Shown here: positions 29,601 through 38,662 of the stretch, in pieces
Numbering within the stretch: position 1 is the first letter of the stretch
How the letters are laid out: each line of letters begins with the position of its first letter
NCBI GenBank assembly: GCA_015233335.1
Contig: JADFXX010000011.1
Span: forward strand, 165 to 64,164
From: Candidatus Omnitrophota bacterium
GTDB taxonomy: Bacteria > Omnitrophota > Gorgyraeia > Zapsychrales > Fredricksoniimonadaceae
Length of the DNA stretch: 64,000 bases
Direction: 5' to 3'
Position numbers and translations under genes: made by a program
The notes under the pieces: generated by a model
Told to the model about the DNA's origin: nothing
The model's database searches: none
The model's input: only the letters and a program-made list of their open reading frames with translations

Positions 29601-29831
29601 CTTAAAGGCCCGACCATCGTACTTCTAGGCAAAGGCTGGGTCAATTTCGACCAGTACTGCGATCTGAACATGACGGTGGATTTAAGTTCCGGCGTCGTCC
29701 CCCCCATTGCTCAGGACGTCTTGCAGACCTTAAATATTCATATTTACGATAAGATCGCGAACCCCAAGTTTAAAAAGAAAATTTCCGTCCCTCAGGTCCT
29801 CAATACCTTGCTTAAGAATTTCCTGCAGTAA
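26670..29831 (+). CDS. AsmA-like / DUF748-type large envelope protein
   Basis: About 1050 aa with an N-terminal signal anchor and a long beta-rich repetitive body. The track start 26652 is GTG; the ATG at 26670 (MKYKKFLILLG) is preferred. Confidence 0.55.
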   Translation: MKYKKFLILLGSLLFFLAALTFYLNRVIFPQWVKKIAAEQIEKALKRKVEIDTIHFNWVRGIIIDRIKIYEKDSAQAVFAQAQQVSFGFILIPSFKHYKITIPFIHVLSPSVHLIRNTVDSWNFSDMLPPPPSTAQGSPPKPSDFEIAWGGITISDGKFLLDDVSVDRPWSELFDNINLKLSLSYKGIDYNFTADIPAKKGFVGATVYYQPITKNTRAQIHLKNIDTASYLSLVKIPDIQLKSGIIKKIDLDIDYSQDKTSAQGEVIMSDLDMTSHDQAFKGNIEIRDLNAQYKNGNIKARGQMSLGQIQTKVPGLSAGGNVQTRVNTFELTPEGMVFDGSFHAQSVFLNLTDRFARVDNLGLDNIKLRKDKDGLQTVGSISALGLIVAYSHQTFKSDITLKPLTVHMKDENNVTLEGDLLAQNFSTNLGDKAFNSQRIHLEDLKLLLTDQKNISMSTRMSLNNMELSLGSGLTVSGSLKADKLLLKLADGILDISTALIASQGHLVLDGHKTIDANPQLELSLQVPLNAVDQMTYKGSITFSDASIRGFPLVESIDNAELDADFKTDTATINALGANILDTNVRINGTVKNFKNPLLDINVEAEELNLSKIKNLAPKIVDQYGLTFDGTSSVKVKFEGLALKPLSGNIRATASVKNVSVASSKYHQKIKNVTGIIEATPDSLVWRDFTATYLGKPYSLTGSLDNFNNPKIFTILNGEDIQLKGDIIKAGNLITINGLTGKYLNAAFDTKGTITLREQDPPQIDIKSRVSVRLEDLINVLPPAQKKNIQPLSPSGTIALTADLKGTGLDWKNYTLTANITSPVISLLNYKLNDISINISQDEGKIKNLTLDGKLYEGTVHALASADLTASGMPYDLAFNIDNTDLHELKIDSPLKMEEINGKFYFTSIVNGTIADFKNTVHGKGSLAIREGFLAEFNLFKGLLGILNEAMRLGQVMITDVESNFTIENQKISTDNLRLKGPTIVLLGKGWVNFDQYCDLNMTVDLSSGVVPPIAQDVLQTLNIHIYDKIANPKFKKKISVPQVLNTLLKNFLQ

Positions 29832-30420
29832 CCTGACTGAGAAGTAAGCGAAATTTCTTCAATGCCCTGGCACGATGAGAAATCTTGGCCTTAAGGGAAG
29901 CTGGCAACTCGCCAAAGGTTTTATTGTAACGTTTGATCAAAAAAAGCGGGTCAAAACCAAAGCCGTTTTTGCCTATATTTTTGGTCGTAACATAACCGCT
30001 GCAAGTACCCTGAACAAGCCCCAGCTCCTCTCCCCGGGCATTAACTAAAGCAATCACACAACGGTAACGGGCCTGTCGCTTGGAAAAAGGCACGCCTTTG
30101 AGCAATGCAAATAATTTATTATTCCGGGCCAGCTCGCTGGCCCCCTCCCCGGCAAAACGGGCGGAATAAATGCCCGGGCCATTACCTAAAGCTTTGACCT
30201 CAATCCCTGAATCATCTGCCATGGCCATATGACCCGTTGCAATAGCAGTTTCCCGGGCTTTCTTTACGGCATTAAAACGGTATGTTTTCCCGTCTTCAAC
30301 AATATCGGGGACATGAGGATAATCTAAAAGGGAGGTAACACGAAATGGAAGGTCCGCCAGTAATTCCTTGATCTCCGCAACCTTGCCCTTGTTGCGGGAA
30401 GCGACGATCAATTCTTTCAT
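29812..30420 (-). CDS. rdgB: XTP/dITP diphosphatase (RdgB/HAM1)
   Basis: 202 aa. [11 protein letters not shown] and GFGFDPLF motifs. Confidence 0.9.
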   Translation of the reverse strand: MKELIVASRNKGKVAEIKELLADLPFRVTSLLDYPHVPDIVEDGKTYRFNAVKKARETAIATGHMAMADDSGIEVKALGNGPGIYSARFAGEGASELARNNKLFALLKGVPFSKRQARYRCVIALVNARGEELGLVQGTCSGYVTTKNIGKNGFGFDPLFLIKRYNKTFGELPASLKAKISHRARALKKFRLLLSQVTAGNS

Positions 30421-31142
30421 GATTTGACCTTAAAATAAGGCAAATTCTTTTTTTGGATACCCAAAAGTTCTTGAATGCCTTTTCTGGCTAATTTAAGCAA
30501 TGCCTGCATTTGTAGATCGGTAAATGTGCTCCCCTCGCCGGTGCCCTGCACCTCCACAAATGCGCCTTGTCCCACCATCACAATATTCATATCCACCTGG
30601 GCCTTGGAGTCCTCGGCATAATTTAAATCGAGGACAGGCGTATCCTGAAAAATACCGACGCTGATAGCCGCAACAAAATCTTTGATCGGCAAAGCCTTAA
30701 TCATCTGATGTTGGCGCATCCAGTGTATCGCATCAGTCAAAGCAATAAAGCCGCCGGTAATAGAGGCGGTCCTGGTCCCGCCGTCGCCCTGCACAACATC
30801 ACAGTCAATACGGACCGTGCGCTCACCTAATTGATCCATATCAACGACCGAGCGCAAACTGCGTCCCACCAGCCGCTGGATTTCCTCGGTACGGCCGGAG
30901 GTCTTCTCACGCCTTATGCGGCTGGTACAAGAGCGCGGCAGCATGCCGTATTCCGCGGTCACCCAACCCTTGCCCGAACCTTTCAAGAACGGCGGGACCC
31001 CTTCTTCCACGGAAGCCGTACAGATGACCTTGGTCTCGCCAAATTCGATCAGGCAGGACCCTTCGGCATTTTTCATATAATTCCGAGTAACCTTGATTTT
31101 ACGTAATTGATCCGGTTTGCGTCCGTCAGGTCTTTTCATCAT
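30417..31142 (-). CDS. rph: ribonuclease PH
   Basis: 241 aa. [11 protein letters not shown]...[19 protein letters not shown]. Confidence 0.95.
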   Translation of the reverse strand: MMKRPDGRKPDQLRKIKVTRNYMKNAEGSCLIEFGETKVICTASVEEGVPPFLKGSGKGWVTAEYGMLPRSCTSRIRREKTSGRTEEIQRLVGRSLRSVVDMDQLGERTVRIDCDVVQGDGGTRTASITGGFIALTDAIHWMRQHQMIKALPIKDFVAAISVGIFQDTPVLDLNYAEDSKAQVDMNIVMVGQGAFVEVQGTGEGSTFTDLQMQALLKLARKGIQELLGIQKKNLPYFKVKS

Positions 31143-31540
31143 TTTGTCCTATGCGGATATTCCGCGCTAACAGTTGTCCCAATGCCTCCGCGCGGATTCA
31201 TGATGACTTCAACACGCATCCAGCGGGGATGACAGGCTTTAACCAAGTCATCCAGCAGTTTATTGACTAAGTGTTCGTGAAAAATTCCTACATTGCGATA
31301 AGCCACCAAATATAATTTCAAAGATTTAAGCTCAAGACAAACCTGGGCGGGTTTATACGCGACCTTGATCAAAGCAAAATCCGGCAGGGCTGTTTTCGGA
31401 CAAATACAAGTAAATTCCGGAATGCTCAAATCCACAACATAATCACGATCGGAATATTGATTTTTCCAAACTTCAATATCCGGCATCTGAAGCGTACGTA
31501 TGTTCTTTTGGCGACCTTCGTAGGAGCTGGTTTTTTTCAT
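31139..31540 (-). CDS. queF: NADPH-dependent 7-cyano-7-deazaguanine (preQ0) reductase, type I
   Basis: 133 aa with motif [15 protein letters not shown]. Confidence 0.9.
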   Translation of the reverse strand: MKKTSSYEGRQKNIRTLQMPDIEVWKNQYSDRDYVVDLSIPEFTCICPKTALPDFALIKVAYKPAQVCLELKSLKLYLVAYRNVGIFHEHLVNKLLDDLVKACHPRWMRVEVIMNPRGGIGTTVSAEYPHRTK

Positions 31541-31541
31541 T

Positions 31542-32231
31542 TTATCTTAACTTCATAAATTTGTGCACTTGAGGCAGTATTCTAACGTCTTTAAGGATTT
31601 TTGCACATGATTTTTGATGCCCCACGCATTTCTCGATGATCCCGTGGGGCATGTCTGAATAATTAGGCTGTATAATAAACAAAATTTCAGGATCAACGGC
31701 GGCCACAAGCCCGGCCGCCTGAAGCACATCTTCCCGCGAGGTTTCTAGTGTAACAACGGCTTTAATAAAAACATCCTTGTGCCGTGCAATTTTTAAGAAC
31801 TCTTTATGTTTGGACCAATACGCTTTTTGTCTAGTCGATGAAGGCAATTTGATATCCATGGCAATGAAGTCAATATCTTGAATGATCGCTTCTAAAGCCT
31901 TCGGCTTCGTGCCATTGGTATCCAAATAAATTTTCTTGTTCCCTTCATGTAAAGCATGACAAAAGCACTTCAGAAATTCTTCCTGCAGTAAGGGTTCCCC
32001 GCCGGTAATACTGACAGAATGACAGTTTTCCCACAAAAGATCAACTTGGTTTAACAGATCGTCGACGCTAAATTTCCTATACTTACGCGTTCTATCGCCG
32101 ATAGCACCCGGAGTATCACAGAAGGCGCAATGCATATTACACTCAAAAAACCGGACAAAAACCTGCGGGACACCAACATACTTACCCTCACCTTGGATGG
32201 AACGGAATATTTCCGAAATTTTAGCGTTCAT
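31542..32231 (-). CDS. queE: 7-carboxy-7-deazaguanine synthase (radical SAM)
   Basis: 229 aa. EIFRSIQGEGKYVG and CNMHCAFC. Confidence 0.9.
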   Translation of the reverse strand: MNAKISEIFRSIQGEGKYVGVPQVFVRFFECNMHCAFCDTPGAIGDRTRKYRKFSVDDLLNQVDLLWENCHSVSITGGEPLLQEEFLKCFCHALHEGNKKIYLDTNGTKPKALEAIIQDIDFIAMDIKLPSSTRQKAYWSKHKEFLKIARHKDVFIKAVVTLETSREDVLQAAGLVAAVDPEILFIIQPNYSDMPHGIIEKCVGHQKSCAKILKDVRILPQVHKFMKLR

Positions 32232-32328
32232 ATTAAACCGAATTCCCTGCGGGTCCTGGCTCGGCCTTGATGTTAAGGTGCTCCTAATTGAACTGCGTAC
32301 GTTACAGCCATAGAGGATGGGGGTTTCC

Positions 32329-33000
32329 CTAACAATATGCTTTTAAAGCACTGTCTACAATCTTTGCTTGCGCGAAACCTTGGGCGCGCAGGCGGCAGCT
32401 GTCACAAGTCCCGCAAGGGGCGGCCCCTGCGTTATAACAGGACCAGGTCAGCTCCAAAGGCACTTCTAATTTGACCGCTAATTTGACGATCTGGGCTTTG
32501 CTTAAATGAATTAAAGGGGTACACACTTTAATATTCTTGCCCTCAAGCGAACTCTTAAGCCCGCGCTTGAGCATGGCCTGAAACGCACGGATAAATTCCG
32601 GACGGCAGTCGGGATAACCGGAATAATCCACGGCATTAGCGCCTATAAAAATACTCCTGGCGCCGATAGCCTCGGCATAAGAGGCGGCAAAACTCAGAAA
32701 AATGATATTGCGTGCGGGCACATAGGTCACAGGGACACCCCGTGCGTCAAGCGCCCTGTTTTGAGGAACTGCCATTTTGAAATCTAAAAGCGCTGAGCCT
32801 TTCCAAGGCAGGCTGATTTTGACACATACGCTTTGACATCCACGGCTCTGTGCAATAGCCTTGGCCTGAATGATTTCCTTTTTGTGCCGCTGGCCGTAAT
32901 CAAAAATCAGGCAATGGCAATCGTGGCCCCGAAAAGCCGCATGATAAAGGGTTGTCGAGGAATCAAGACCTCCGGAGAGTAAGATGACGGCTTTACTCAT
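32329..33000 (-). CDS. queC: 7-cyano-7-deazaguanine synthase
   Basis: 223 aa. PP-loop VILLSGGLDSST and C-terminal CxxC..C zinc site. Confidence 0.95.
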   Translation of the reverse strand: MSKAVILLSGGLDSSTTLYHAAFRGHDCHCLIFDYGQRHKKEIIQAKAIAQSRGCQSVCVKISLPWKGSALLDFKMAVPQNRALDARGVPVTYVPARNIIFLSFAASYAEAIGARSIFIGANAVDYSGYPDCRPEFIRAFQAMLKRGLKSSLEGKNIKVCTPLIHLSKAQIVKLAVKLEVPLELTWSCYNAGAAPCGTCDSCRLRAQGFAQAKIVDSALKAYC

Positions 33001-33355
33001 AGTAAATCACACTCGCAGTATCGGATTCCCATACCTCAACATGCTTAAGACGCAAAGGAGCACAGGCGCCCTTTAGTGCCCGATAAATATGACGGGCCAG
33101 ATTCTCCGTTGATGGGTTAACATCCTTGAAGACCGGCAAGTCGTTGAGGACCACATGGTCCAACGGAGATAATATGTCCTGAAGCTTGGCCTTAAGGACC
33201 TTAAAATCCTCCACCAACCCTACCGCATTGATTCCTTCCTGACAGACCACCATCTGGACTTTCCAAGTATGACCATGCATGAATTTGCATGGTCCATCGT
33301 AACCGTGCAATTGGTGGGCGGAGGCGATATGCCCCTGCACTGTTAGCTCAAACAT
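32993..33355 (-). CDS. queD: 6-carboxy-5,6,7,8-tetrahydropterin synthase
   Basis: About 120 aa. ASAHQLHGYDGPCKFMHGHTWKV. The start at M7 (33355) is preferred. Confidence 0.9.
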   Translation of the reverse strand: MFELTVQGHIASAHQLHGYDGPCKFMHGHTWKVQMVVCQEGINAVGLVEDFKVLKAKLQDILSPLDHVVLNDLPVFKDVNPSTENLARHIYRALKGACAPLRLKHVEVWESDTASVIYYE

Positions 33356-34163
33356 AGATATGCCTCCGGACATGTTTAATGCCTCCGCCTAAAAACCGCG
33401 AGGCTAACTGACTGAACTGTTTTGGCTCGTCGCTGACAATAAATAAATGCTGCCCCGGCCTTAAAGAGGTGCGCAACATCCGGAACTTCAAAAGCAGTTC
33501 TTTGACCTGAATGGCCACCTCAGAAGCCGAGTCCACCAACTGGACCCGTGGCCCCATAACATCGTGCAATACATTTTTGAGCAGAGGATAATGTGTGCAT
33601 CCCAAGATCAAAGTGTCAATGTTATGCTTTTTCATATTGCTTAAATATTGCCTGGCGATCTGGGTGGTGATGGCGTTGTCAAACCATCCTTCTTCAACCA
33701 GAGGCACAAATAAGGGGCAGGCGGAGCTTATCACATCAATATCCCGGTCCAATTGCCTGATCTTGAGAACATACTTACCGCTTTTAACCGTCGATGAAGT
33801 GGCTATAATACCAACTTTCTTGTTACGGGTCAGCCGCACGGCCTTTCGAGCACCCGGATCGATCACCCCCAAGATAGGCAAATCAAATTCTTTTTTTAAA
33901 GTTTCAAGGGCCAAAGAGGAGGCCGTATTGCAGGCCACGACCACCATTTTAACTTTATGCTTCAACAAAATCCGCACGATCTCACGGGAATAACGAATAA
34001 TGGTCGGCCGGGATTTAGTCCCATAAGGCACCCTAGCCGTGTCGCCAAAATACACCACTTGCTCATTAGGCAGAAGCTTATGAATCTCCTTAACAACGGT
34101 CAAACCGCCAAGGCCTGAATCAAATACACCTATCGGATGATGGGAAGGATCAATCATTGGCAT
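33348..34163 (-). CDS. murI: glutamate racemase
   Basis: 271 aa. IGVFDSGLGGLTV, ACNTAS, GCTHYP. Confidence 0.95.
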   Translation of the reverse strand: MPMIDPSHHPIGVFDSGLGGLTVVKEIHKLLPNEQVVYFGDTARVPYGTKSRPTIIRYSREIVRILLKHKVKMVVVACNTASSLALETLKKEFDLPILGVIDPGARKAVRLTRNKKVGIIATSSTVKSGKYVLKIRQLDRDIDVISSACPLFVPLVEEGWFDNAITTQIARQYLSNMKKHNIDTLILGCTHYPLLKNVLHDVMGPRVQLVDSASEVAIQVKELLLKFRMLRTSLRPGQHLFIVSDEPKQFSQLASRFLGGGIKHVRRHIYV

Positions 34164-35178
34164 AGTCGAGCACCCCGCGGGCGATGATCTCTGCTATTTT
34201 CTGGCGGTATTCGGGCAAACTCAATTTACTGCGGTCCTGATGATTGGACAAAAACCCGGTTTCGACCAAAACGGCCGGTATCAAGGTATTGCGCACAACA
34301 AAAAAATGGCACAGGCGGATACCATCCCCGCGCACGCTGATCCGTCCCTCCTGCCGGGCTTCCCTGACGATCATTTTGGCAAACCTCTGTGATTGCGAGG
34401 TCTTAAGGACCTCCATCATGTCGGCAACAATGGCCTGCAAGGTCGTGCCGGCTTGGGAGTTCATCCGTTGGGTGAATACCCGCTCATTGTTCTTCCTCTG
34501 AAGTTCATTCAAATATTTTTTCTCCATATTCCCGATATAATAAACGAGCAACCCGTTGACGGCCTTATCCTGATTAGAATTAACGTGAATGCTGACAAAC
34601 AAATCCGCGCCGCAACGCGCGGCCACCTCCGTACGACCGGCTAAAGATATAAACTCATCGGTGTCCCGGGTCAGGATAACCTTGATTCCTGTCCCATCCA
34701 AAAGCCCCCTGATGCGTTTGGCAATATCTAATACCAAATCTTTTTCATTCATTCCAAAACCAATGGTCCCGTGGTCTTTCCCTCCGTGTCCGGCATCGAT
34801 CACGATCGTATGCACGCGCGAAGCCACCTCCACCGGCGGCAATCCGCTTATAGTCACCCCAAAGGGAGCTATCACCTTGGCCTCAAAATCTTCAGGCACA
34901 TAAATGGTGCTATGTTCCCGGCGTAAAGGTGAACTTAAAATGATCTTCTCTTTGCCTAATAGCACTGTCTGGCTTCCGACTAGCGCTTTGGCCTTGTTCC
35001 CTTTGTATTCCAACATGACCACCTGGGTCACCCCGTCCCACTGCCAGCTGACGTGATAACGGTCACAGACATCCTGTAATGCAATACCTACGACAGGTGC
35101 CGGTTTGATAACAGGACGCCCCCCGCAACCGTGCAGGGTCAAAATTAATAAAAAGCAAATCAGGATTCTTAAGCTCAT
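34150..35178 (-). CDS. N-acetylmuramoyl-L-alanine amidase (Amidase_3) with N-terminal targeting domain
   Basis: 342 aa lipoprotein-like (LTLHGC). IVIDAGHGGKDHG, SIHVNS. Confidence 0.85.
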   Translation of the reverse strand: MSLRILICFLLILTLHGCGGRPVIKPAPVVGIALQDVCDRYHVSWQWDGVTQVVMLEYKGNKAKALVGSQTVLLGKEKIILSSPLRREHSTIYVPEDFEAKVIAPFGVTISGLPPVEVASRVHTIVIDAGHGGKDHGTIGFGMNEKDLVLDIAKRIRGLLDGTGIKVILTRDTDEFISLAGRTEVAARCGADLFVSIHVNSNQDKAVNGLLVYYIGNMEKKYLNELQRKNNERVFTQRMNSQAGTTLQAIVADMMEVLKTSQSQRFAKMIVREARQEGRISVRGDGIRLCHFFVVRNTLIPAVLVETGFLSNHQDRSKLSLPEYRQKIAEIIARGVLDYAND

Positions 35179-35921
35179 GATGGGCCGTCTGTTTGTGAGG
35201 GCTCACCGGCATTGGTGTGCACCGTAAGGAAAATAATATTTTCTGTTTTTTGCATCAAGCGCCCCTGACTACGGAATACCAGGCCGACCAAAGGGATGTC
35301 CCCCAGTAAAGGGATATCTCCCAATAAGGGGAATTTGCGGGTTCTGGTAATTTCTTCTTCTTTCATCAGTCCGCCGATGACGATCGTAGCGTTATTCACA
35401 AACGTTATGTCCGTCTGTGACTTAAGGAGCTGGGGGACCGGGACCTTGCGCCCGTCATGATACTCCATCGTCAGCAAGGCCACGTGAGGTTCAAGGCGTA
35501 CAGAAAGCTCTCCTGATTTTAAACGCGAAAACAAAACATTCAGTTGGATATTTTGCTTAGCCAAGCTGACACTCGCGAGTGTCCCAAAAACAGCTTTAAA
35601 CGGCGGCTGGGGAAACTGGCTCATCCGTCCGACGGTATCTAAGGCATCGAGTAACACCGCATAATCCTCCCCTGACACCGTGCCGAAACTCAAACGATAT
35701 TTTTTGTCCTCCCCAAGCGGGTCCTCTTCTTTTTTAAGAAGAGCCGTATGAAAATCGGAAACAATGGCCCCCCAATCAACACCGCTGCGGTGTTCATCGT
35801 TTAAGATGATCTGTACGGAGTTGACCTCGATCGTGATCTCCGCGGGCACGCTGTTTTGTGCGTATACAGCCCCGCACCAAAAAGAAAACAACAGATATAT
35901 AAGTGTTAATCTCAAATACAT
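35175..35921 (-). CDS. short secretin-domain-like outer-membrane protein
   Basis: 248 aa with a signal peptide. The C-terminal block VIGGLMKEEEITRTRKFPLLGDIPLLGDIPLVGLVFRS...NIIFLTVH matches the conserved secretin C-domain motif. It lacks the N0/N1 domains of full-length secretins. Confidence 0.5.
   Translation of the reverse strand: MYLRLTLIYLLFSFWCGAVYAQNSVPAEITIEVNSVQIILNDEHRSGVDWGAIVSDFHTALLKKEEDPLGEDKKYRLSFGTVSGEDYAVLLDALDTVGRMSQFPQPPFKAVFGTLASVSLAKQNIQLNVLFSRLKSGELSVRLEPHVALLTMEYHDGRKVPVPQLLKSQTDITFVNNATIVIGGLMKEEEITRTRKFPLLGDIPLLGDIPLVGLVFRSQGRLMQKTENIIFLTVHTNAGEPSQTDGPS
35291..35326 (-). repeat. 18-nt tandem duplication inside the secretin motif (encodes LLGDIP LLGDIP)
   Basis: aagggatgtcccccagta / aagggatatctcccaata are adjacent and match at 14 of 18 positions. 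Confidence 0.7.
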
Positions 35922-35925
35922 ACAT

Positions 35926-36861
35926 TCATTTATAGTAAGAATTTACGAATTTAGCAATAAAAAAACCTTCCATCCGTTCATCGGGCATAATTCGCGCTGC
36001 CAGCTTCAGCTGACTGTCATAGGTACGTCCTTGCCATTGCTCTAAACAAGGATAGGTGTTAAGGCCCGGAACATGTGCCTGTGTGAGCTTGAATTGTCCT
36101 TCTGTCTTACGTAAAAACCAATCAACCACCTCTTCATTCTCTTCAGGGGCATAGGTGCAGGTTGAATAAACCAAAACCCCTCCCGGCCCCAAAAGCCTGC
36201 TGGCATTAAGTATAAGCCCTTTTTGCTTATGGGACATTTCCTTGATTTTACGTAAGCTCCAAAACCCAAAACTTTTAGCCTCCCCTAAGATAAACCGCCC
36301 TTCACAACTGCACGGGACGTCCACTAAGATACGATCAAACCTGCCCTCGCGCATCTGTAAGCGACGGCCGTCTACAGAAATAAGCTTGAGCTGGGCACCC
36401 AAAAGCTCAACGACTGATTTCAATTTAAAGAATCTGTTACGAATAGGTTCATTGGCCACCAAAGTTCCTGTATTTTGCATGTGCATGGCTATTTGGGTGC
36501 TTTTACTTCCGGGCGCGGCGCACAGGTCCAATACGCGCTGTCCGGGAAGCGGGTCTAGGGCCATGACCGCCAGCATGCTCTCAAGCCCTTGAGCATAAAA
36601 AATCCCCTCACGAACAAGATTTGAATCTAAAAGTTCCCGGGCCCGGTTCTTTGGGACAATAACGGCATAAGGGCACCAGCTGACCATTTGAAAATCCGCT
36701 AAGATGCCTAACAGCGAACTCAGAGCCTCTTTCACAGTAGTCTTCAATGTGTTAATCCGAAAGGACTGATACAGCTTGGGCTCAAAAATCCCTGCTGGCA
36801 TGGAAGGCAGAATTTCGTTGATCCTTGACTCAAATTCCCTAGGTAAGCAATTTCCGGACAT
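35926..36861 (-). CDS. RsmB/RsmF/NOP2-family RNA (cytosine-C5) methyltransferase
   Basis: 311 aa. DLCAAPGSKSTQ SAM motif, catalytic DVPCSCEG and TCT motifs. Confidence 0.8.
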   Translation of the reverse strand: MSGNCLPREFESRINEILPSMPAGIFEPKLYQSFRINTLKTTVKEALSSLLGILADFQMVSWCPYAVIVPKNRARELLDSNLVREGIFYAQGLESMLAVMALDPLPGQRVLDLCAAPGSKSTQIAMHMQNTGTLVANEPIRNRFFKLKSVVELLGAQLKLISVDGRRLQMREGRFDRILVDVPCSCEGRFILGEAKSFGFWSLRKIKEMSHKQKGLILNASRLLGPGGVLVYSTCTYAPEENEEVVDWFLRKTEGQFKLTQAHVPGLNTYPCLEQWQGRTYDSQLKLAARIMPDERMEGFFIAKFVNSYYK

Positions 36862-36934
36862 AAATAAAATAGCACTAACGCTTGCTTGCAGAATAGTGCT
36901 TTATCAGATATACTTTCATATAGATACTAAAAAA

Positions 36935-37951
36935 ATGACTAGACGCGGCCAATCCATTGTTGAATTTACTTTGATCGCTATCCTCGTTATTTTAGGGATA
37001 GTCTTCATGGGCCCCTATGTTCTTCGTTCGATAAACGCTTATTTTAAACTATGGGATACCAGTGTCCAGGATTCTTTTGAAGAGAAGCTTCAACAGGCCC
37101 CTGTAAGCGATGTCCCGGATATCCTTGCCAACTGTACCTATGTCAGCACCAATGAAGGATGCGGGATCAGTGTCGCTGGCGCAACTTGCGGAGCAGGTTA
37201 TAGCGCTTGGACCTTGGTCGATAACCCGCAAGGATGCAGCGGTGCCCCGTCTTCTACCTGTAAGGCTGATTGCGGCTGTTGTGACCCGGAGCCTCAAGGC
37301 TGCGGGTCATTTCCCTTGCCGACGGATGCCAGCGGTAATCCAATTGCTCCTCCGGATAATATACCTCCGCCGGCGACTAGCAACTGCTATTACGGCCAGC
37401 ACCTTTTAGCCTCTGTATGCGCTCCAGGTATGAGCTGCCCCAATATTGCGGCCCCCTTATGCATCAATGATTCCGCCTGTCCTATGCCCACATGTACAGG
37501 GACTTTCCCCTCTGCCGGATTTCAACCTTGCCCAGCGACAGAAACCGGACTGACGGCAGACACCAGTTTTTCCTACGTCTCCGATAATAACTGTGCCAGT
37601 GCAACAAAAAAATGTCAATATGTCTGTGCCGCCGGATACTTCCCGAACGAAAATTGTTCCTACATATACACTGTTGCCTCCATCACCGGGTCTTCGTGTC
37701 CCAGTGACCCAAATTGTAGTTGTAGTTGCGCGCCGGGCGGTCCTCCCTGGACTTGTACCAATAACTGCAGTTTCCCGGCCTGCACCTCTGCTAGTGTCCA
37801 TGAAATTATTATACCCCCCTCATGTTCCATAGCTGCCACCGGGGGGGTCGATTGCACCAATCAGGGAACAGGATGCGGTGATCCATACCCTGATGCAATC
37901 CCCAGCGATTCCTGTTTACTCGAGCTTACCTATTCCATTACCAACCCGTAA
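36935..37951 (+). CDS. TadE/pseudopilin-like N-terminus fused to a novel cysteine-rich domain (338 aa, 31 Cys)
   Basis: The ATG at 36935 avoids the overlap with the divergent gene that the TTG track start 36776 creates. MTRRGQSIVEFTLIAILVILGIVFMG has a basic stretch, Gly5, Glu at +5 and a hydrophobic helix, which is the class III signal. The rest is Cys/Pro/Ser/Thr/Gly-rich with no recognisable domain. Confidence 0.6.
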   Translation: MTRRGQSIVEFTLIAILVILGIVFMGPYVLRSINAYFKLWDTSVQDSFEEKLQQAPVSDVPDILANCTYVSTNEGCGISVAGATCGAGYSAWTLVDNPQGCSGAPSSTCKADCGCCDPEPQGCGSFPLPTDASGNPIAPPDNIPPPATSNCYYGQHLLASVCAPGMSCPNIAAPLCINDSACPMPTCTGTFPSAGFQPCPATETGLTADTSFSYVSDNNCASATKKCQYVCAAGYFPNENCSYIYTVASITGSSCPSDPNCSCSCAPGGPPWTCTNNCSFPACTSASVHEIIIPPSCSIAATGGVDCTNQGTGCGDPYPDAIPSDSCLLELTYSITNP

Positions 37952-38662
37952 ATATTCGGAAAACAAAAGCACCCGCCACCCTTCGCGGATTTCCAATGCT
38001 TTGATGCAATCAAAAAACCTTGTAAGCTCACGCCGCAATGCCGGCGTGGCAAAATCGACATGATGCATCAATACGCCCGATAACGGCCGTCGATAGATCC
38101 TTCGGGCTAGAGTTTCGAGTATATCCCGGGCCGAATGAACACTTCTCTGGGATTGATCATACCGGCTAAACGGAACTTGGGCCGGCATCTCTATAAAGCG
38201 CTTTTCCTTTTGAAAACTGCGGCGACCTGCTGAGAATATCTGAAACCCCTCTTCATGAAGCACTCGAAATGTGCGTTCATCATACCCGTGATATGGCGGA
38301 ACAAAGGCGGGAGTAAAAAGCTTCCCGAAAGCCTGGCGCATCTTTTTTTGACCTAGCCGGATATCCTCCCGCTGGGCCTTCAAGGAGCGGGATATCCCGA
38401 ATTCATATTTTTTACCGGCAACAGCAGAATGGTTTGCGTGTACCCATCCGTGCTGGACAATATCCAGCAACTTCGGTGTTCTTTCTTTAGCGCGGCACAA
38501 AAACCGGACAAGCCCGGGCTCCATTTTGCCCGGGATCACAGCATAAACAACCGGAATGCTGCGCTTTGAAGCCTGTTGAAAAAAGAACCGGAATGGACGA
38601 TCCATCGTCCAAACATCGTCGTTGCGAATAAAAATATATGGCCAACCCATGTTCATGACCAC
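37916..38662 (-). CDS. CE4/NodB-like (DUF2334-type) polysaccharide deacetylase family protein
   Basis: 248 aa. IRNDDV (the DD of motif 1), HGWVH (HxxxH) and VPPYH (RxPY-like). Confidence 0.5.
   Translation of the reverse strand: MVMNMGWPYIFIRNDDVWTMDRPFRFFFQQASKRSIPVVYAVIPGKMEPGLVRFLCRAKERTPKLLDIVQHGWVHANHSAVAGKKYEFGISRSLKAQREDIRLGQKKMRQAFGKLFTPAFVPPYHGYDERTFRVLHEEGFQIFSAGRRSFQKEKRFIEMPAQVPFSRYDQSQRSVHSARDILETLARRIYRRPLSGVLMHHVDFATPALRRELTRFFDCIKALEIREGWRVLLFSEYLRVGNGIGKLE

Noticed and set aside
32232-32328. 97-nt gap between queC and queE, examined for a preQ1 riboswitch
   Set aside because: I could not recognise the preQ1-I or preQ1-II consensus or a convincing pseudoknot or hairpin on the minus strand. 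An Rfam/Infernal scan would be needed before making any call.
36776-36934. TTG-initiated N-terminal extension of the Cys-rich protein ORF (track start 36776)
   Set aside because: It would overlap the divergent methyltransferase gene by 86 nt on the opposite strand and would bury the TadE-like leader internally. The ATG at 36935 places the class III signal at the N-terminus.
37049-37860. Several 66-114-aa ORFs in other frames or on the other strand within the Cys-rich gene (37049..37297-, 37110..37409+, 37457..37801-, 37593..37832+, 37660..37860-)
   Set aside because: These are shadow ORFs produced by the locally GC- and Cys-codon-rich sequence. They have no RBS and no coherent protein features. 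The same reasoning applies to the many antisense ORFs inside the RND pump, ptsP, AsmA-like and other long genes.
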